From Armatimonadota bacterium (GTDB lineage: Bacteria > Armatimonadota > UBA10988): 64,000 nucleotides of DNA. Both the position numbers and the translations under genes were made by a program. Shown here in pieces: positions 48,591 through 59,000 of this stretch. Position 1 is the stretch's first letter. Each line of letters opens with the position of its first letter. Under the pieces are notes generated by a model. That model had not been told where the DNA came from and did no database searches. It saw only the letters and a list, made by a program, of their open reading frames with translations. The stretch spans positions 38,290-102,289 of the forward strand of contig JACRKZ010000043.1 of assembly GCA_016235455.1 (NCBI GenBank), in the 5' to 3' direction.

Positions 48591-49532
48591 ATGCTGACCG
48601 AGGAACAACGGCTAGGCCGCGCCCAGGAGGCGGCTCGACGCGCACGCCGGCTGAAAGGCTGGATGGCGCCGTGTCGGGTCTGTCCGCGTGAGTGCGGCGT
48701 CGACCGGCTGTGCGGCGAGGCCGGGCTGTGCCATACGCCCGACCGCCCGGCCGTGGCTGGGTTTGGGCCGGATTTCGACGAAGTGGCGCCGCTGGTCGGC
48801 ACCGGCGGCTCAGGCACCGTGCGCTTCGCCGGCTGCGCACTGCGCTGCAGCTACTGTCAGGACCATGAGATCAGCCAGCCGGCCGACGAACAGATGGTCA
48901 GCCAGCTCGTGGAGACCGATGCGCTGGCCATGATCTTCGTGGCACTGCAGAACCGCGGCTGCCACAACATCAATCTGGTCACCCCCAGCCACATCGTGCC
49001 CCAGATCGTTGAGGCGCTGGCGCTGGCCTATGCCGATGGTCTGACCGTCCCCATCGTCTACAACTGCGGCGGCTACGAGAGTGTCGACACGCTGCGCCAA
49101 CTTGACGGACTGATCGACATCTACCTGACGGATTTCAAGTACGGCACCACCCAGCAGTACTCCCAGGCGCCCGGCTACGTCGGCGTCTGCCGCGAGGCGG
49201 TGCGTGAGATGCATCGCCAGGTGGGCGACCTGCAGATCAACCGCCGCGGCGTGGCCCAGCGCGGTCTCATGGTTCGCCATATGGTGCTGCCCGGCGGCCT
49301 GGCCGGCTCGCGCGAGGTGGCCAAGTTTGTGGCCGACGAGATCTCGCTCGACACCTGGTGTACCGTCACTGGCACCTACCAGCCCGCCCACCGCGCCGTG
49401 CGCCTGCCCGAACTCAGCCGCGCGCCGAGCGGCTGGGAGATCGAGGCGGCCCGCGAGGCCTTCTGGCACGCCGGCCTGCACCGGCTGGCCACGCCCCCCA
49501 TCACCCGCGGCCCAGTCTCGCCGCTGCATTGA
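48591..49532 (+). CDS. Radical SAM protein, PflX-like
   Basis: C..CPR.C.VDR, GSGTV.F.GCALRCSYCQ (CxxxCxxC), HNINLVTP, YN.GGY and RH.VLPG. AGGAGG RBS. Confidence 0.88.
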   Translation: MLTEEQRLGRAQEAARRARRLKGWMAPCRVCPRECGVDRLCGEAGLCHTPDRPAVAGFGPDFDEVAPLVGTGGSGTVRFAGCALRCSYCQDHEISQPADEQMVSQLVETDALAMIFVALQNRGCHNINLVTPSHIVPQIVEALALAYADGLTVPIVYNCGGYESVDTLRQLDGLIDIYLTDFKYGTTQQYSQAPGYVGVCREAVREMHRQVGDLQINRRGVAQRGLMVRHMVLPGGLAGSREVAKFVADEISLDTWCTVTGTYQPAHRAVRLPELSRAPSGWEIEAAREAFWHAGLHRLATPPITRGPVSPLH

Positions 49533-49558
49533 CCTTGCGCATTCGTATGTGCTAAGCT
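49529..49558 (+). promoter_or_regulatory. Candidate sigma70 promoter for GH81
   Basis: TTGACC-18 nt-TAAGCT with extended TG. Confidence 0.5.
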
Positions 49559-49583
49559 GGATCTGCCCGTTCGGAGCATTCCA

Positions 49584-51800
49584 GTGTCGACTTGCTGCCG
49601 TCTGTTTGTTCTGCTGGCCCTCGCCCGGCTGGTCGGCGCCGAGGTGGTGCCGGTCGGCGCCGGTGGCTACCTCACCACGCCGCCCGCGCCATGCAAGCCA
49701 ATCGCCGCCGTGCCGTTCCGCACCGCTGATGTCGCCGGGCCGATGGCGACGGGGCAGTGGTGGAGCTCGCTGGTCTGGCAGACGTATTCGCAGCCGATGT
49801 TCGCGCATCCGCTGGTGCTGCGCTGCACCGAGGGCGGCGTGACGCTCAGCTACCCCGGCGACCGCATCCACGGCGACAAGGTGGGCATCTTCGGCGGTGG
49901 AGCGGGTCCCAACGGCGACCTGCGCATCGGCCACTCCACCGCGCCGAGCTTCCCGCGGGCCGACTGCGGCGGCTACTCGGACTGGTTCGTCACGGCGGCC
50001 ATGAGCAATGGGCCCGCCGGTCTGCGCGTGAGCTTCGGTCACGGCAGCCCGTACGTCTTCGTGCGCACGGTCGGCGGCGATGCCGCGCTGACCCTCGGCG
50101 GCAAGGCCACCATCTGGTCGGGCACGGCCAACGGCGCCACGCTGGGCATCACTGTCAACGGCCATCACTACGGGCTGTTCGGCCCGGTAGGCTCGACCTG
50201 GACCGGGCTCGACGGTCCGGCGCTCATCTGCGCCGCCAAGGGCCGCGACTACCTGACCGTGGCCCTGCTGCCCGACGCCCGGCCGGAGACACTGGCGCTG
50301 TTCACCAAGACCGCGCACAACCACGTCACGGACACGCGGGTGAGTTGGAGCGTGGCCGGCGGGCGGATCACAGCCACGTATGCCTACACGACCAGGCCGC
50401 TGGAAGGCAGCGGTGTCGGCACGCTGTTCGCGTTGTACCCCCACCAGTGGAAGACTATGTCGAGCCCGCTGACCGAGCTGACCTACGGCTCGGTGCGCGG
50501 CACGATGAAGGTTGGCGCGGGCACGAGCTTCGTCACCACCACGCCGGTGCAGGGGCTGCTGCCACGGCTGCCCGACCAGGGCATCGTCGACCGCGAGCGC
50601 ACGCTGGCGCTGCTGCGGGCCGAAGCGGAACGTAAGGCGCCCGGGTTCGGCGACACCTACTGGGAAGGCAAGCATCTGGGCCGGTTGGCCACGCTCAGCG
50701 GCGTGGCCGAGGCGGCGGGCGCGACGGACCTGCAAGCCGCCTTCCAGGCCGAGCTCCGGCGGCGGTTGGAGGCCTGGTTCACCGCCACCGAGGGCAAGGA
50801 CCAGCCGGTCTTCTACTACAACGCGGTGTGGGGCTCGCTGATCGGCAGTCGGCCGTCGTATGGCTCCGACATGCCGCTCAACGACCACCACTTCCACTAC
50901 GGCTACTTCATCCGCGCGGCGGCCGAGGTGGCGCGGCATGACGCGGCCTGGGCGACGAAGTGGGGGCCGATGGTCAAGCTGCTCATTCGGGACATCGCCA
51001 GCCCCGACCGGCGCGACCCGCTGTTCCCGTTCCTGCGCTGCTTCGACAAGTACGCGGGCCACTCATGGGCGTCCGGCGATGCCAACTTCGGTGACGGTAA
51101 CAACCAGGAGTCCTCGTCGGAATCGCTCAACGCCTGGTACGGGACGGCGCTGTGGGGTGAGGCCACCGGCGATGCCGCGCTGCGCGATGCCGGCCTCTAC
51201 CTGTTCAACACCGAGCGCACGGCGGTTGAGCAGTACTGGTTCGACGTGGACGGCACCAACTACCCCAAGGACTATCCCAACGTGGCGTTGGGCATGGTGT
51301 GGGGTGGCAAGGGCGCCTTCGGCACCTGGTTCTCGGGTGATATCGACTGCATCCACGGCATCAACTGGCTGCCGTTCACACCGGCATCGCTGTACATGGG
51401 CCGGCACCCGGATTACGTGGCACGCAACCACGCCCGCATCGTCGAAGTGCGCGAGCGCCACGGCGACTACAACAATGGCTGGGGCGACCTGGTGGCGATG
51501 TTTGGCGCGCTGGCCGAGCCCGCGCCGGCGGTCGCTTATCTGAAGGCGACGCCCGACCCCAAACTCGAGGGCGGCAACTCGTTGGCCTTCATGGACCATT
51601 GGGTGCACACGCTCGACCGCCTGGGCCATGTGGACGCCGGCGTGACAGCCGACCATTGGCTCAACACAGTGTTCGTCAAGGACGGTCGGCGCACGTACGT
51701 CGCCTACAATGGCCAAGCGACGCCGCGCGCGGTCAGCTTCTCCGACGGGACCAGGCTGCCGGTCCCCGCGCGTGCACTGTCGGTGAAGCAGAACCCATGA
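49584..51800 (+). CDS. Endo-1,3(4)-beta-glucanase (GH81)
   Basis: NDHHFHYGY, GHSWASG, GNNQESSSE and HGINWLP. Confidence 0.92.
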   Translation: MSTCCRLFVLLALARLVGAEVVPVGAGGYLTTPPAPCKPIAAVPFRTADVAGPMATGQWWSSLVWQTYSQPMFAHPLVLRCTEGGVTLSYPGDRIHGDKVGIFGGGAGPNGDLRIGHSTAPSFPRADCGGYSDWFVTAAMSNGPAGLRVSFGHGSPYVFVRTVGGDAALTLGGKATIWSGTANGATLGITVNGHHYGLFGPVGSTWTGLDGPALICAAKGRDYLTVALLPDARPETLALFTKTAHNHVTDTRVSWSVAGGRITATYAYTTRPLEGSGVGTLFALYPHQWKTMSSPLTELTYGSVRGTMKVGAGTSFVTTTPVQGLLPRLPDQGIVDRERTLALLRAEAERKAPGFGDTYWEGKHLGRLATLSGVAEAAGATDLQAAFQAELRRRLEAWFTATEGKDQPVFYYNAVWGSLIGSRPSYGSDMPLNDHHFHYGYFIRAAAEVARHDAAWATKWGPMVKLLIRDIASPDRRDPLFPFLRCFDKYAGHSWASGDANFGDGNNQESSSESLNAWYGTALWGEATGDAALRDAGLYLFNTERTAVEQYWFDVDGTNYPKDYPNVALGMVWGGKGAFGTWFSGDIDCIHGINWLPFTPASLYMGRHPDYVARNHARIVEVRERHGDYNNGWGDLVAMFGALAEPAPAVAYLKATPDPKLEGGNSLAFMDHWVHTLDRLGHVDAGVTADHWLNTVFVKDGRRTYVAYNGQATPRAVSFSDGTRLPVPARALSVKQNP

Positions 51801-52261
51801 CCAAACCCAAACGCGTGCTGTTTGTCTGCCTGGGCAACATCTGCCGGTCGCCCAGCGGCGAGGGTGTGCTGGCTCATGTCGTGGCGGAGCGCGGGCTGAG
51901 CCAGCGCATCCAGGTGGAGTCCGCCGGCACGGGCGCCTGGCATATTGGCGAACTGCCCGACCCGCGATCGCGCCAGGCGGCGGCGCGGCGCGGCTACCGC
52001 CTGGACAGTCGCGCCCAGCAGGTGCAGTCGGCCGACTTCGACCGCTGCGACCTGATCATCGCCATGGACCGCGACAACCTCAAGACGCTACGCGCCATGG
52101 ACCCCGGCGGGCGCGCCCGCGTCTGTCTGCTGAGCGACTTCCTGCCGCCGGGCAGCCCGATCGATGTGCCAGACCCGTACTACGGCGGCCCGTTGGGGTT
52201 CGAGCACGTGCTGGACCTGATCGAGGCGGCTTGTGAGGCTATTCTGGCCGAGCTGACGTAG
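51797..52261 (+). CDS. Low-molecular-weight protein-tyrosine phosphatase
   Basis: VLFVCLGNICRSP P-loop and DVPDPYYG. ATGA overlap with the GH81 stop. Confidence 0.93.
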   Translation: MTKPKRVLFVCLGNICRSPSGEGVLAHVVAERGLSQRIQVESAGTGAWHIGELPDPRSRQAAARRGYRLDSRAQQVQSADFDRCDLIIAMDRDNLKTLRAMDPGGRARVCLLSDFLPPGSPIDVPDPYYGGPLGFEHVLDLIEAACEAILAELT

Positions 52262-52404
52262 AAACGGTGTCAGGGACCGTTTTCAGCACCAGAAGCTCAA
52301 TCGGTGCCGGGCTAAAAGAACGGTGTCAGGGACCGCTTTCGCTCGCGAAAACGGTCCCTGACACCGTTCTTTTGCTGACACCGTTCTTTTGGCCCGGCAC
52401 CGAT
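52262..52404. repeat. Nested inverted-repeat element (REP/MITE-like) of AACGGTGTCAG units
   Basis: Two direct and two inverted copies. Inner stem spans 52314-52373. Outer 30-bp IR 52300-52329 / 52375-52404 matches at 29/30. Confidence 0.9.
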
Positions 52405-52924
52405 CACCTGGTGCGAACGTCGGCATCCCAGGCCAGCTTGGCGAAGACCAGCGGCGCGATCAGGCAGGCGCCTAACACCGCCACCAGGAGCACGACGATC
52501 ATGCCGGTCGGCGGTAGCGCGCAACTGGCCAGCACGGCCAGGCCGGCGGCCACGAAGCACGGGCCGGCGAAGCGGTGCGTGGCGGTCCAGACGCGGTCGC
52601 TGTTCAGCGTCCACTCGAGGCGTGGATGAGCAGGCCGTGCACGACGACGAAGAACGCGGAGGTCCACAAGCAGATGGTGCCGGCGGCCTTGCCGAGTGCG
52701 CCCGCGGGGTCGCTGCGTCGCGCCGCCACCGCCAGGCTCAGGCCCATGAACAGGGCCAGGGCCGGCGACATCATCAAGCCGACCGACCTGGGCAGGAAGC
52801 TGTCTACCTGTCCGTGGATGTTCCAGTGACTGGGCATCGGGTCGGGCACCGCCGACCAGTAGAACGCGCTGGCCACCAAAGCTATCGCCGCCATCGCCAG
52901 ACAGCCGATCATCGCTCGATACAT
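52404..52924 (-). pseudogene. SdpI/DUF1648 family membrane (immunity-type) protein, frameshifted
   Basis: P..MPSHWNIHGQVD (DUF1648) is in one frame and WTL.SDRVW..THR (SdpI) in another. The junction is near 52615-52622. Confidence 0.8.
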
Positions 52925-52928
52925 GGAC

Positions 52929-54533
52929 CTACTCCGCCTGGAGACTGTAGCGCTGCAGCAGTCGCCGAAGGTTCCCACCCAGGATCAGTCGTTTCTGCTC
53001 CATGCTGAGTCGGGCGAAGAGGATCGGGCCCAGGCCCCAGGCGATGGGCAGATCCTGCAGGTCGGAGCCGAACATCAGTCGATCCGCGCCAATGGTGGCC
53101 ACCAGGTCCTCGCAGCCGCGTGGGCCCAGCAACGGGCACGAGCACACATAGAGGTTCTCGTGGCGCCGCATCACCTCGGCATAGGCGGCGGTGCTGTGGC
53201 CGGTGATGAAGCAGGCGTCGGGGTAGCTGCTGACCAGTCGCTGGATCTGCTGGGCCGAGCCCCAGTTGTGGTCGAGGACGAACTGCCGGTGCGCGTTGGC
53301 CCAGGCGCAGGCCACATCGAGCAGCGGGCCTTCCTCGGGATAGCCCTGGTAGTAGGGGATCAGCTTGATGCCGCGCAGGCCCATGGCTGCGCCGCGCTCC
53401 AGTTCGGCCAGCATGGCTACTTCGCCGCGGTGCGGGTTGAGCATGGTGAAGCCGAGGAAGCGGCCGGGATAGCGCGCCACGGCTTCGGCCACCGTGTCGT
53501 TGCCCGGCCGCTCATCGCTGAACACTCCGGTGAAGCTGAAGATGCAGGTCTGCTCCACGCCGAGCCGGTCCATCTCGCGGACCACGCTGTCCAGGTCGCC
53601 GTCGGGCAGATGGTAGTGCGCCGCGGTGTCGCCGCGGTGCCCGTGGCAGTCGGCGATGAGCGGCTCCCCTGCCGGGAACTCACCGCTCTGACCGAAGGCG
53701 ACGTACGCATCGGCGGGCGGCGGCAGTTCGACCTCGGGCTGCGCCCTGTCCGACCAAGCTATCAGGCGGCGCAGATTGTCGCCGGCGATGAGGCGTTTGG
53801 CGTCGTCGTCGATCTCGGCGCCGGTCAGCGTGGCCTGGGTCATGCCCTGCCCGAACTCGGGCCAGTTGCTGCCGAACAGCAGGCGCTCGGGGCCGAAGGT
53901 GCGGCTCAAGTACTCAATGCCGCGGTGCAGCCACCAGCCGCTGGTCTCCAGGTGCAGGTTGGGGCAGGCCTCCAGCGCCCGATAGGCCAGGCGCTGGCTG
54001 CGGCGGATGCGGTGTTCGCTGACGACCACCGGCAGACTGGGCCAGCGTCGGCAGAGGTCGACCACCGACTCCCACGGCGTGTCGTCCATGCCGCCGGCGC
54101 CCGCCGGGCCGATCTCATTGGGGTTGATGATGACCGGCACGCGTTCGGCGGCGAGCGGCTCCAGGAAGGCGTCGACGCACCAGTCGGCGAGGCTGAAGCG
54201 GTACTGCCGCGGGTACAGCAGCACCGCTCCGACGTGGTTGGCGCGCAGTTGGTCGAGCAACTCCTGGCCCGTGGGCTGCTCATCGTCCCCGGCCGCGGGC
54301 AGCGCCGCCCAGGCGGCATGGAGCCGCGGGTGGCCGGCGACGGTGGCCAACACGCGACGGTTACCGTCGAGCGGATGGTGTTCGCGCGCCAGGGCATCGA
54401 CGACCAGCGCCTCGGCGATGCCGTGATGGTCCATCTCGGCCAGCAGATCGTCCGCGGTGTGCAGCCCACCGGGCCGCAGTCGCAGATGGCGTCCGACGAC
54501 GCAGTTGGCATCGAACAGCGACCAGCGGCCCAT
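52929..54533 (-). CDS. Tandem two-domain amidohydrolase (Amidohydro_2 family)
   Basis: Two barrels ending in LLFGSNWP and LMFGSD.. I.GGN. The second has DCHGH, the first has DANC. Start MGRWSL at 54533. Confidence 0.85.
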   Translation of the reverse strand: MGRWSLFDANCVVGRHLRLRPGGLHTADDLLAEMDHHGIAEALVVDALAREHHPLDGNRRVLATVAGHPRLHAAWAALPAAGDDEQPTGQELLDQLRANHVGAVLLYPRQYRFSLADWCVDAFLEPLAAERVPVIINPNEIGPAGAGGMDDTPWESVVDLCRRWPSLPVVVSEHRIRRSQRLAYRALEACPNLHLETSGWWLHRGIEYLSRTFGPERLLFGSNWPEFGQGMTQATLTGAEIDDDAKRLIAGDNLRRLIAWSDRAQPEVELPPPADAYVAFGQSGEFPAGEPLIADCHGHRGDTAAHYHLPDGDLDSVVREMDRLGVEQTCIFSFTGVFSDERPGNDTVAEAVARYPGRFLGFTMLNPHRGEVAMLAELERGAAMGLRGIKLIPYYQGYPEEGPLLDVACAWANAHRQFVLDHNWGSAQQIQRLVSSYPDACFITGHSTAAYAEVMRRHENLYVCSCPLLGPRGCEDLVATIGADRLMFGSDLQDLPIAWGLGPILFARLSMEQKRLILGGNLRRLLQRYSLQAE

Positions 54534-54544
54534 GGGCGGCTCCC

Positions 54545-55837
54545 TCATTCGACGCGCGTGCAGTACGCGTCGAGCACCTTGGTCAGGCCCAGCGCGATGG
54601 CGTCGGCGTCCTCGGGCGAGTACCACTGGTCCAGGTGGACCGTGACCACGCGGTTGTACAGGTCGACCGCCCGCGGACAGCGCTCGGGGCGGCACTGGTC
54701 GGCATGGTCGCCAAACAGCGGGTACATGTCGCTGTACAGGTGCCAGTCGGGTGCGGCCTGGGGGCCGCGGTAACCCGCGCCGATGCCCTCGGCGCCCAGC
54801 GCGGCCACGATCTGCTGCGCCAGTTCGTGGGTCTGGGGGAAGAAGCGCAGCATATAGCCGATGTCGCCCTCGGGGTCGTTGGACTTCTGCCAGGTGATCT
54901 CGGCATAGCGGCCGAGTTGCCCGACGATGCGGCGGAACACGGCGCGGTAGCGAGCCACCACGTCGTCGAGCTTGGCCAACTGCACACGGTCCAGCGTTGA
55001 CTCGAGCTCGGAGAGGCGGTAGTTGGTGCCGGCGAACAGTTCGCCCGCGTAGCGCTCGGGCGCGAAGCGGTCGGGCCGCCACAAGCCGCCGCCCTCCGCG
55101 GTCTGCAGCGCGCGCTCGGCGAGCCGGTCGTCGTTGGTCAGGACCATGCCGCCCTCGCCGGCGCCGGTGATCTTATAAGCGGAGATGCTGAAGCAGCCGA
55201 GGTCGCCCCAGGTGCCGACGAAACGGCCGTGGTAGGTGGCGCCCGGCGACTGGGCGCAGTCCTCGATGACCGCCAGGTCGTGCTTCCGGGCGAAGGCCAG
55301 CACTGGCTCCAGGTCGCAGACAAAGCCCCAGTGGTGGGTGGGGATGACCGCCTTGGTGCGCGCGGTGAGGCAGGCTTCGAGCCCGCCAGGATCGAGCTGC
55401 AGGGACTCGTCCACATCGCAGAAGACCGGCGTGGCGCCGACCAGGGCCACGGCCATGCTGGTGGCCAGGAAGCCCATGGCCGGCACGATGACCTCGTCGC
55501 CTGGTCGCAGGCCGACAGCCTGCGCCGCGCAGTGCAGCGCGCCGGTGCCCGAGCTGACGGCCTGGGCGTGCTTCACACCGTACTTGGCGCGCGCCTCGGC
55601 CTCGTACAGCTCGCCTTCGGGCGGACCGGGGTAGGCGGTGATCCAGCGCGACAGGGTTGGCCCGCCGGGCGGCAGATCGGCATCGGATACAGCGGCTGCA
55701 AGCCTTTGCAGGGCTTCCTCGCTGTAGCCGAAGCGATGCGCCAGGGCCAGGAACTCGGCGGTGCCGATCTTGGGTTGCGGTTGGCCGGTGCGCTGGGCGA
55801 AAGCCGGAGTGCCACCGTGCAGGGCCAGGTCATTCAT
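54545..55837 (-). CDS. DegT/DnrJ/EryC1/StrS PLP aminotransferase
   Basis: SSGTGALH, IEDCAQS, FSISAYK..AGEGG and NYR.SE. Confidence 0.9.
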   Translation of the reverse strand: MNDLALHGGTPAFAQRTGQPQPKIGTAEFLALAHRFGYSEEALQRLAAAVSDADLPPGGPTLSRWITAYPGPPEGELYEAEARAKYGVKHAQAVSSGTGALHCAAQAVGLRPGDEVIVPAMGFLATSMAVALVGATPVFCDVDESLQLDPGGLEACLTARTKAVIPTHHWGFVCDLEPVLAFARKHDLAVIEDCAQSPGATYHGRFVGTWGDLGCFSISAYKITGAGEGGMVLTNDDRLAERALQTAEGGGLWRPDRFAPERYAGELFAGTNYRLSELESTLDRVQLAKLDDVVARYRAVFRRIVGQLGRYAEITWQKSNDPEGDIGYMLRFFPQTHELAQQIVAALGAEGIGAGYRGPQAAPDWHLYSDMYPLFGDHADQCRPERCPRAVDLYNRVVTVHLDQWYSPEDADAIALGLTKVLDAYCTRVE

Positions 55838-56006
55838 AGTTCACCTCGAGCGGCACAAACCTTCGCGCTGGTGGCCGTAGGTCCTTGTGGAATCGCCGGG
55901 CCTTCTGCTAGAATTGCCGGCGCAGGTGGGAACGATTCCATGTGGTAGCCTGTCGGAGCGATCTGGCAGCGCGCGGGTCGCGGGAATCGGCCCCGAGGAG
56001 ACGGTG

Positions 56007-59000
56007 ATGCGTATGCGGTACATGGCCCTGGCGATGGTGCTGGGCCTGGCGCTTTCGGCCCTGGCCGACCCCGGCTACTACGCCAAGCGCGACGGCTGGC
56101 GCGAGACGCTGCTGGCGGCCCGCGAGGCCCTTATCAAGAGTGAAGAAGAGGCGGCTCGTAGTGCCAAGCCCGAGGTCAAGGAACCCGTGACCTTGGGTCC
56201 GTGGTACCGCATCGGCCCGTTCGCCGATAAGGGCATGTGCACCTTTGCCGACGCCGCTCCGCCCGAGGCCGAGATCGCCCTGGACAAGTCGTACGGCGCG
56301 GACAAGCTGGCCTGGGTCAAGTCCGACTACGAGGACGGCACGGTCCATGACCTGCCGGGCAAGGACGCGGCCAACACCTACCTCTACCGCACCATCACCG
56401 CGGCCAAGGCCATCACGCTGACCGGCTACTTCGGCAGCGACGACGGTCTGGTGGTCTGGTTCAACGGCGAGAAGCTGCTGAGCCAGGATGTGCCGCGCGG
56501 CGCCGGCGCCAACCAGGCCTCGGCCCCGCTCAACATGAAGGCCGGCGAGAACAAGCTGCTGCTCAAGATCCACAACAACACCGGTGGGCACGGCTTCTAC
56601 TTCGCGCTGCAGGCCAGCCCCAAGGGCGCCGACCCCCGCGTCGAGGCGCGCAACCAGTTGTGGTCGATGGTCGAGCGTGACTTCGCCGACGAAGCGGCCC
56701 GCCGCCAGATGCAGTGGGAGCGCGCCGACGGCATCTGGAACGCCGACTGGACCGCGGGCGACCTGAAGGCCATTGCCGACCGCTACGTCAAGGCCGTCAA
56801 GGTGGCCCACCTGGTCGTCGAGGCCAAGCGCCTGGCCGCCGCCGTCAAGACGCCTGGCGACCTGGTGCCGCTGGCCAAGGTCTATGAGAAGTCGCAACTG
56901 ATCACGCAGGGCATCGCCGGCATGAAGGCCTTCGACTCGGCGCCGTTGCGCCGCGCGCTCGACGACCTGACGGCCACCTACGGCGACGCCCGCTACCCGC
57001 GCGGCAAGGAGTTCGCCGCCCGTCTGGACACGTTGGAGAAGGCGCGCGAAGCGGCCATCGACGGGGCTCAGAAGGGCGACGCGTCGGCGGTGGAAGGCGC
57101 GGCCAAGACCGCGGCCGACCTGGAAACGCTGCGCCGCGACGTGCTCATGGCCAATCCGCTGGTGGCCGAGCTGGACAAGCTCGTCTACGTCAAGCGCCGC
57201 ACGAACAACATGGGTCTGCCGCAGAACTGGCAGGGCAATACGTCCATCGCTCGCACCGGCTATGAGAACCAGATCGACCGGCTGTCGCTGCGCGACGGCT
57301 CGGTGACCACGGTCTACAAGCCCGAGGGTGGCCGCTTCGTGGGCAACCTGTACATGCACTGGGACGCCCAGCGCATGTTGTTCTCCATGCCCAACGCGGA
57401 CAACCGCTGGGACATCTTCGAGGTCAAGCCCGACGGCCAGGGCCTGCGCGAAGTGGGCCCCAACGATGAGCCGGACGTCGACAACTACGACGCCTGCTAC
57501 CTGCCCAGCGGCAAGATCATCTTCTGCTCCACGCGCGTCTTCCATGGCGTGCCGTGCGTCGGTGGCGCTGACGCGGTGGGCAACCTCTGCGTCATGGACA
57601 ACGACGGCAAGAACGTGCGCATGCTGGCCTTCGACCAGGACCATAACTGGTGCCCGACGGTGACCAACGACGGCCGCGTCATGTACACCCGCTGGGAGTA
57701 CTCGGATACCGCGCACTACTTCACGCGCATCCTGTTCAAGATGAACCCCGACGGCACGCGCCAGATGGAAATGTACGGCTCGAACTCGTTCTGGCCGAAC
57801 TCCATGTTCTACACGCGCGCCATCCCCAACGACCCGACCAAGGTCGTGACCATCGTCAGCGGCCACCACGGCGTGCCGCGCATGGGCGAGATGGCTATCA
57901 TCGACCCCTCCAAGGGCCGGCGCGAGACCGGTGGCGCCGAGCAGTTGATCACGCAGTACGGCAAGCCGGTGGAGAACAAGGTCGAGGACCAGTTGGTCAA
58001 CAACTCCTGGCCCAAGTTCCTGCATCCCTACCCGCTGTCGGACAAGTACTTCCTGGTCGCCTCTCAGCCCACGCCGCAGTCCAACTGGGGCATCTACCTG
58101 GTGGACAAGTTCGACAACATGCTGCTGCTGCGCGAGGAGCCCGGCTTCGCCCTGCTCGAGCCCGTGGCAGTCCTCGCGCGACCGGTGCCGCCGATCATCC
58201 CCGACGCGGTCAAGCCTGAGCGCAAGGACGCCTCGGTCTACGTGGCCGACCTCTACGCCGGACCGGGCCTGGCCGGCATCCCGCGCGGTACGGTCAAGCA
58301 GATCCGGCTCTACACGCCGCACTACAGCTACAACAACATGGGCGGCCACATCAACATCGGCATCGAAGGCCCGTGGGACGTGCGCCGCATCCTCGGCACC
58401 GTACCGGTCAACGACGACGGCTCGGTGGCGTTCAACGTGCCGGCCAACACGCCCATCTCCTTCCAGGCGTGCGACGCTCAGGGCCGCGCGCTGCAGATGA
58501 TGCGCAGTTGGTACACCGCCATGCCCGGCGAGGTCATCTCCTGCGCCGGCTGCCATGAGAGCCAGAACGGCGCCATCGGCAACCGGCCGACGACCGCCGC
58601 GGCGCGTCGCCAGCCATACGACATCGCCACCTGGCGCGGGCCGGTGCGTGGCTTCTCCTGGAAGCGCGACGTGCAGACGCAGGTGCTGGACAAGTTCTGC
58701 GTCGGCTGCCACGACGGCACCACGGCCTACGACGGCAAGCCGCACATGGATCTGCGCGCCTCCAACGAGAAGGGCTGGGGCGGCTTCGACAAGTCGTACA
58801 TCGCCCTGCATCCCTTCGTGCGTCGCCACGGTCCCGAAGGCGACGACCACATGCTCGCGCCGATGGACTTCTTCGCCAACACCAGCGAGCTGGTGCAGAT
58901 GCTGCAGAAGGGCCACCACGGCGTCAAGCTCGACGACGAGGCGTGGGACCGGTTGTACACCTGGATCGACCTGAACGTACCCGACCATGGTACCTGGACA

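Noticed and set aside
52262-52404. CRISPR array
   Set aside because: Only two direct copies exist and the others are inverted. There are no regular unique spacers and no cas genes.
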